Assembly: GCA_018985225.1 (NCBI GenBank) | Contig: JADGIF010000683.1 | Coordinates: forward strand, 1-5,195 | Length of the DNA: 5,195 nt | From: Amoeboradix gromovi X-113 | Taxonomy: Eukaryota > Fungi > Sanchytriomycota | Direction of reading: 5' to 3' | Shown here: piece after piece, positions 1 to 5,195 of the stretch | How the letters are laid out: each line of letters begins with the position of its first letter | Position numbering within the stretch: position 1 is the stretch's first letter | Program-made: the position numbers and the translations under genes | Notes under the pieces: generated by a model | What the model saw: only the letters and a program-made list of their open reading frames with translations | Database searches by the model: none | What the model was told of the DNA's origin: nothing

Positions 1-2
1 AC

Positions 3-3000
3 TCAGATCCGTCTCTGGATTCATTTGATTATGGAGATTATGAGCTTCTAGTTGACGAGAACGGTAATCCAGTGGATGAATACGGATTTTACATGGATTC
101 AAACTATCCGGATTCAGACTATCCGGATTATGGTGGTACTGGAGACAACTTTGGCACAGGAAATGATTTTGAACTTCCAAATTTCTCCATTGGTGAGGTA
201 TCGCCTACACAGTTACCTATACAATCACCTGTACAATCACCTGTACAATCACTTGCCGCTGGTCCAGCAGCAACTGAAACAAATATTATAGTTCCAAAAA
301 GAATACTTGCAAAAAGAAAATTGATTAAGCGAGATCTGGCTAGCGATTTTTTCACACCTTCTGCTGAGAATTGCGGTAGAGAGAAAAAGTTGTTTGTAAA
401 TGCTAAAAATGGCTCAGTTTACAATGCATATAATGTAGCAGATCCTAAGAACCAGATTAACAACAAGATTTCATGGGGAAATGAGGAAATTAAGTTCTTG
501 GTTACAGAAGCCTTTACACACGGTAACATCAGCTTGACAATTGGTGATCAGGTGTTTGTTGTACCTATTGGTAACCCTAATCAAAGGGTTGATATGTTGG
601 AAGATACTGATCTTATCCAGAACTCCTACATGCTTGTTAACGTGACCCTGGAAGGTTACCAAAGTAATAGAACTTGTATACCACCAAAGAAAGGAAAGAA
701 AACTATTGGTTGCGCAACCACTAGATGGATAAATTCTCAATCCATGCCTTTAGGTATTTCTATTTTCAATCCTGTAAAAAATAGCACGGATTACAGATTT
801 GCAGACGATCCAATTCAATTAAAAATTTCAAAGGACTTTCAAACCGCTGCTGATGTAATCGTACCTTATACGCTCATCTTTACATCATATGACTCAGAAG
901 GTAAAATTGAATACTCTCAATCAGACACTCAAAGTTTGGCTGTAAATATCACAAATACCTATGATCCATTTAGATTAACTGTTACAGACTTTTTGAATAC
1001 TACTATTAAGCACGATTATACTTACAAGAACGATACTTCACAGATAGCCATCACTTATCTGCCGTTTGTTGGCTCAGTTCCTGAAGGTGTAGGTGAAATT
1101 GGGGCTGATGATCCAGATGGAGTTTATGGTCAGTCTCCAAAATTAAATGTTTATCTGTTGAGAAAGCCATCTATTGGATACTTGACTATTCAAAACCTTG
1201 GTGGCAGCATTATCAAAATGAATGAAAGTGCAGCAACTCCTGTAGTCATTTCTGCTGGAAACGACGTCAATCGCTCTCTAATATCATGGGTTTATGACGG
1301 TACTTTTGATAGGGAACTGACATTAAACAACACTGAGTTTCCTCTGTCTTATGACATCAAAGTAGAGCTCAAGAGAGCTGTAACCAAGGCTACCATTAAT
1401 GCCACAGCGTCTCCAAACTTCCAGATTGTAAAGGTCCAAATGGATGTGAAGTGCATAAACAAGCAATTTGTTAACAACTGGGGTGGTACTTATTTTGATA
1501 ACAGTACCAACTCTAAAAGATATGATTTATGTTCGCCATGTATTGCTAATGGTAGATGTTTTGCGGACCCGAAAGATATTCCAACAGGAATCGATGGAAG
1601 TTATCCATTTAGAAACCGAACAGATGGATCTATGGCATTTAAAATGTGTTTTCCTGTAGATGCTTGCGACGGAACAGACACCTGTCAAGCTGGATACAGT
1701 ATTTCTTTATTAATATAGCCGAGAAAGTTAAAGGAACTGACATGTGTAATTTGTGTGTGACTAAAAGAAAAACCGGAACACTGGACGCCATATATTATAG
1801 AGCTCCTAACCAGAAGTGCCAGCAGTGCTCTGAAGATACAAAGGTTGCTATATTTCTAGTAGGTTTCATTTTAGCATTGCTTATCGGTGGTTATGCTATG
1901 AACTGGGTTGCCAAAAAAGGAAAGAATTTTGGGTCTATTCGTATTTTGATTGATTACTTCCAAATTCTGTTTATCTTCGGATCATTCAAATTACAATGGC
2001 CAGATTCGGTTGCGCAAAACATGCAATTCTTTTCTGTAGCTATGTTTAACATTGAAATGGCAACTCCGGATTGCTTGAACCCTAGTTTTGGATACATCGA
2101 GAAATTTACTTTGATGATGGTCACGCCAATTATCTTTATTGGTGGCCTAGCAATAAGCTCAATCTTAATGACACCGCCATTCAACGCGCCATTCATTGCA
2201 ATTTCTAATGTTTTTAAAGGATGGAAAAACAAGGATTTGACTCCTATTCAGGGCAAATGGGATGTTGAAGTTTACAAACTTAAAGCTGCTCAAGCTATCA
2301 GAGCAAGTAATCTGTTTCTACAGTTTGCTTTTGCTAGTTTAGTTGGATGGAGTTTAGGTTTCTTCAACTGTCAAGATGTTGGTGGAAAAAATGTTAATTA
2401 TAAAGATCCTTCAGTCGAATGTGGAACTGGTGCTCATTTGGCATTAAGCGGATTAGCTACATTTGGAATAATTGCGTATATGGCGGGTATTCCAATTTGG
2501 CTGTTGACATTGTTCTATTTGCAGAGACAAAAGAGATTTACGGGATCAACTGCAATGTGGATTAAGGGAGTAGCTGCTAAGTTGCTAAACAGCGAAAACT
2601 GTTCATTTAATTACCAACATCATCCTTTTGTTGTTGTACAAATGTTGACAAAGGCGTTCTTAATATTTGCGCAGATGTACTTTAAGACATTCAATGTTCT
2701 ACAGGGGCTCTTTGTTCAAATTGCGTTGATGTTTTACACAGGATTCTTGTTATATATGAAGCCATATAAGAGCCCTATGGATAACACTGTAGATATGGCT
2801 GCTCAAGTATCTTCTATTGTTACTCTCTGTGCAGGTATTCTATTTTATAATGCCAAATCAGAAGGAATTAAAGGTCTTGATGCATTAGGTGGCGTTGTCC
2901 TAGCAATTATCTGGTGCAGTATAATAGGACTTTGTATAATCATTGGATTTGATATTAGGAATAGAAGAAGAGAATCAAAACTGCACCCTCAAAAAGAAGA

Positions 3001-3151
3001 GGAGAGCGAAAGTAAATTGCCAAAGGTAAACATGAAGAAGTTTTCCCTAGGCGGAAAGAAGAAAGATATCGAAAAGACTTCCGAAACTAAAGATAATTCA
3101 AAAGCAGAGGAGAAGCCAGTAAAGGAAGAAAAGGGAGAGAACGCTGAATAA
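3..3151 (+). CDS. Large multi-pass membrane protein (glycosylated ectodomain + Cys-rich module + ~9 TM, GPCR-related/TRP-like protist-fungal family); 5'-partial, join(<3..1698,1719..3151), >1042 aa
   Basis: The frame of ORF 72..1718 is open back to base 3 (SDPSLDSFDYGDYELLVDENGNPV-DEY...), so GTG72 is not the start. Removing the 20-nt intron 1699-1718 fuses it in frame to ORF 1646..3151 (TCQAGY-T-EKVKGTDMCNLC) and restores a continuous CxxGY...CxxC module. About 15 N-x-S/T sequons lie in exon 1. Exon 2 has hydrophobic helices with motifs typical of this family: RILIDYFQIL...WP...N...PDC, DPSVEC, YMAGIP, KPY. Stop TAA at 3149-3151. The family call is from motif recognition, not a database search. 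Confidence 0.82.
95..129 (+). repeat. Coding tandem repeat, 15-nt unit x ~2.3 (DSNYP-DSDYP-D)
   Basis: GGATTCAAACTATCC GGATTCAGACTATCC GGATT. Confidence 0.85.
204..251 (+). repeat. Coding tandem repeat, 12-nt unit x 4 (PTQL-PIQS-PVQS-PVQS)
   Basis: CCTACACAGTTA CCTATACAATCA CCTGTACAATCA CCTGTACAATCA; the last two copies are identical. Confidence 0.9.
1452..1828 (+). other. Cys-rich juxtamembrane extracellular module (11 Cys) spanning the intron
   Basis: KC...LCSPC...RC...MC...AC...TCQAGY|...MCNLC...YY...KCQQC immediately precedes the first TM helix at 1844. Confidence 0.7.
1699..1718 (+). other. Tiny spliceosomal intron, 20 nt (GTATTTCTTTATTAATATAG), phase 1
   Basis: GT...AG ends and very AT-rich. 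It lies exactly at the frame switch between two long ORFs, and its removal joins them in frame (A1698+CC=Thr). The branch-point-like TATTAAT is directly upstream of ATAG. Confidence 0.8.
1844..2953 (+). other. Multi-pass transmembrane domain, about 9 predicted helices
   Basis: Hydrophobic segments read by eye: VAIFLVGFILALLIGGYAM; ILIDYFQILFIFGSF; FTLMMVTPIIFIGGLAISSIL; LFLQFAFASLVGWSLGFF; LATFGIIAYMAGIPIWLLTLFYL; FVVVQMLTKAFLIFAQMYF; VLQGLFVQIALMFYTGFLLYM; VSSIVTLCAGILFY; LGGVVLAIIWCSIIGLCIIIGF. They are followed by basic RNRRR and a K/E-rich tail. Confidence 0.8.
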
Positions 3152-3232
3152 TCTTGCCCAGTAAATAATTTGCAATTTGATTTTGAAATGATTTTTAACT
3201 TGGCAATGTTTTTGAAACTAGAATATCAAATT

Positions 3233-4849
3233 ATGTCAGCCAAAAAATCCAAAGGTGTTGAAGTGTTCATCAGAAAAAGACCATTACTGGAGAATGATGA
3301 AGATATAGTTGTTTGTGAAAATGCCAACAAACTGGTAATAACAGATCGAAAGAATAGAGTGGATTTAACTACTTTCGAAGAAAAGCAGGTGTTTTATTTT
3401 GATAGAGTCATTGATGATAAGACTGAAGATATACCAATAATTGAGTATGTGAGCCATGCGATGTCTGGAAATTCCTCTCTTATTTTTTGCTATGGTCAAA
3501 CTGGTTCTGGAAAATCTTACACAATGTTGTCTAAACACGGACTGGTATACACAGGTCTTTCTGACATTTTAACGTTCTGTTCAGTGTCTCTCAGCATATT
3601 TGAAATTTATCAAAATAACGTCCATGACTTATTAAATGACCGCGCTAAATGCGATTTACGAGAATTTCAGGGCAATATGATAGTAAAGAATTTGGTCAAC
3701 GAAACGATAGAAATAAAAAATATAGAGAAAGCCCGCCAAATGATTGAAAAAGCTTTGGAATCCAGGTCCACTTCTTCAACTAATCAGAATGCAGATTCAA
3801 GTCGCTCACATGCTATTATCCAATGCAAATTGATTAACTCAGCTGATCCTAATTCCAGTAAAGGAGTTTTAACGTTTATTGATTTGGCTGGCTCAGAGAA
3901 AGCAGCTGATAGAGGAAACACCTCCCAAAAGATTCGCAGCGAAGGTGCGGACATCAATAAATCATTATTAGCATTAAAGGAGTGTATAAGAGCAATGGAT
4001 CAAAAGAAAATTCATACTCCTTTTCGTCAATCAAAGCTAACCATGGTTTTAAGAGACGGTTTTATTGGTGCAGCTCGAACATTGATGATTGCATGCATTG
4101 CTCCGAATAGGGGCAACTGCGAACATACATTGAATACATTAAGATATGCCGACAGAGTTAAAGAATTGGACGAGGAAAAGGTAAATGGGAAAAGTACTTA
4201 ACTTATTAACTTAGTGAATGCCACTTATTCTAATTACAATCCAAATAAAGAAGACACAGACATGGACGTATTAGAGTTGGACGAGTCTCTTATTGACATA
4301 GACGCTGCCACATTGAACAGTCCACCGCCTAAAAGTGAGCTTACGTCACAACCAAATTTGATTAAGCAAACATCAAAGCTGAGAACTAGATCTTCATCCA
4401 ACCATGATCTAAAAACGAGTCATGATACGGCTATACCTCGTAAATCTGTAAAGCCAATTAAGCTGGTTCCATTGACTAAAGGAGCGCCAAAAGTAAAGAG
4501 TGCTATCCCAACAAGACAGATGCATGATAACACTTCACCGCAAGTAGTTACGCCTCCTAACGCGCACAATCCTAGTGGATCACCCTCTTTGTTAAGTCCA
4601 AATATGCCTCAAGCAGAAATACGCGATAAAATGGACAAATTCATAATCGAGCATCGAAAATACATAAGAAACTTCAGTGATATGTACAAAAAAGACATGG
4701 ATGTGTTAGCACAGCTTACATTATCGCTATCAAGTCAAAGAGATACACGAAGTGCGTTTGATGAATATTTGAAGAATGTAGATGAGCTAGCTGAGCGGAA
4801 AATACAATATGCGAACACTCTTAGGCAGTATATTCAAAGCTTAAAGTAA
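3233..4849 (+). CDS. Kinesin-13 family (KIF2/MCAK/KIF24-like) microtubule-depolymerising kinesin; join(3233..4193,4215..4849), 531 aa
   Basis: General kinesin motifs: VFIRKRPL, P-loop FCYGQTGSGKS, FEIY, switch I NADSSRSHA, switch II DLAGSE. Kinesin-13 signatures: loop-2 (K/R)VDLT, EGADINKSLLALKECIRA, HTPFRQSKLTMVLRD, CEHTLNTLRYADRVKEL. Exon 2 encodes a Ser/Pro-rich linker and a C-terminal helical domain (EHRKYI...DMDVL...DEYLKNVDELAERK...LR) like kinesin-13 tails. ATG3233 is the preferred start, but in-frame ATGs at 3188 and 3206 cannot be excluded. Confidence 0.93.
4194..4214 (+). other. Tiny spliceosomal intron, 21 nt (GTACTTAACTTATTAACTTAG), phase 1
   Basis: GT...AG ends, and it contains the in-frame TAA (4199-4201) that separates the two same-frame ORFs. 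Removal gives ...VNGK-M-NATY (A4193+TG). The branch-point-like TATTAAC is directly upstream of TTAG. Confidence 0.85.
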
Positions 4850-5195
4850 ATAAATTCTGTTGATTAAAATTTATTTTAATGAATTCAATCTGATCTGAAC
4901 ACTGCTTTACATGTGAGGCCTGATACTTGTAGAGCGTCCCATTTACTAGTGGTGCACTCTTGGCAAATGGGACACCAAATATAAAAACTAGACTAACTAG
5001 CTTCCAAGGAACCCCATACAGAGGATATACTATCATTAATAAAAGATCTTTTATTATACCAATTTCTTTCATTGATTGTATTCCCCTCTTCAAAATAAAA
5101 CTAGAAGACCCTACATATCTTTCAAATATATGAGGTCTTTGAGCATCTAAGCAAAAGGTGCATTTTCTTAGACGGTACTCTTTCTTCATTCCATT
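4821..5195 (-). CDS. Probable 3' end of an unidentified convergent gene; frame and exon structure unresolved
   Basis: One frame is open from the window edge (5195) to TAA 4821-4823 and includes a hydrophobic stretch LLLMIVYPLYGVPWKLVSLVFIFGVPF. No family was recognised, and a competing frame ends at TGA 4885-4887. Confidence 0.35.
   Translation of the reverse strand, partial: NGMKKEYRLRKCTFCLDAQRPHIFERYVGSSSFILKRGIQSMKEIGIIKDLLLMIVYPLYGVPWKLVSLVFIFGVPFAKSAPLVNGTLYKYQASHVKQCSDQIEFIKINFNQQNLFTLSFEYTA
4849..4880. terminator. Putative convergent 3'-end/polyadenylation zone
   Basis: AATAAA at 4849-4854 (+) overlaps the kinesin stop codon. AATAAA on the minus strand lies at 4870-4875, inside an 8-bp inverted repeat ATTAAAAT-TT-ATTTTAAT (4863-4880). 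Such motifs also arise by chance in AT-rich DNA. Confidence 0.35.

Noticed and set aside
95-251. Repeats as a CRISPR array or mobile-element termini
   Set aside because: The units are 12-15 nt, contiguous, spacer-less and in frame within a CDS, and there are no cas or transposase genes.
52-740. Small ORFs 52..291 (+), 128..355 (-) and 471..740 (-)
   Set aside because: These are alternative-frame or antisense shadows of the long CDS, partly kept open by tandem repeats (YNHL and DCTG repeats are off-frame readings).
1638-1718. Programmed -1 frameshift or pseudogene frameshift between ORFs 72..1718 and 1646..3151
   Set aside because: TTTAAAA (1638-1644) is in the wrong phase, the Cys motif continues in the first frame to 1697, and a 20-nt intron explains the shift. 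There are no other signs of decay.
1468-2232. Small ORFs 1468..1659 (+) and 1954..2232 (-)
   Set aside because: They are nested within a well-supported CDS, have no recognisable motifs, and are of a length expected by chance.
3170-3232. N-terminal extension MQFDFEMIFNLAMFLKLEYQI of the kinesin
   Set aside because: It starts at TTG and has AT-rich, intergenic-like composition. ATG3233 (MSAKKSK) is more plausible, though ATG3188 and ATG3206 are not formally excluded.
4199-4201. TAA/TAG reassignment (ciliate-type code) or stop readthrough as the explanation for the kinesin break
   Set aside because: No other in-frame TAA/TAG occurs in about 1,570 codons, CAA/CAG are used normally, and both genes end in TAA. 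The stop lies inside a clean GT-AG segment sharing a motif with the other intron.
72-4849. Four-gene prokaryotic operon with GTG/TTG starts, as implied by the ORF track
   Set aside because: Kinesin is eukaryotic, the first frame is open upstream of 72, and the ORF pairs join by splicing.
5101-5114. 14-nt minus-strand GTAGGGTCTTCTAG as an intron switching frames
   Set aside because: It is shorter than well-documented spliceosomal introns, not AT-rich, and lacks the TATTAAY branch motif.

Overview
This AT-rich window comes from a very gene-dense eukaryotic genome using the standard genetic code. It is not a prokaryotic operon. The four long + strand ORFs in the track are best read as two spliced genes, each split by one extremely short GT-AG intron. 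Gene 1, join(<3..1698,1719..3151), is 5'-truncated and encodes more than 1042 aa: an acidic/repeat region, a heavily N-glycosylated ectodomain, a Cys-rich module and about 9 transmembrane helices. It resembles the GPCR-related/TRP-like membrane proteins of protists and early-diverging fungi. Gene 2, join(3233..4193,4215..4849), encodes a 531-aa kinesin-13 microtubule depolymerase with an N-terminal, neck-less motor. The most striking signal is the intron pair. They are 20 and 21 nt long, both phase 1, both start A|GTA, and both end in the same fused branch-point/acceptor motif TATTAAYWTAG. The 3' end of an unidentified convergent gene probably occupies about 4885-5195 on the minus strand.
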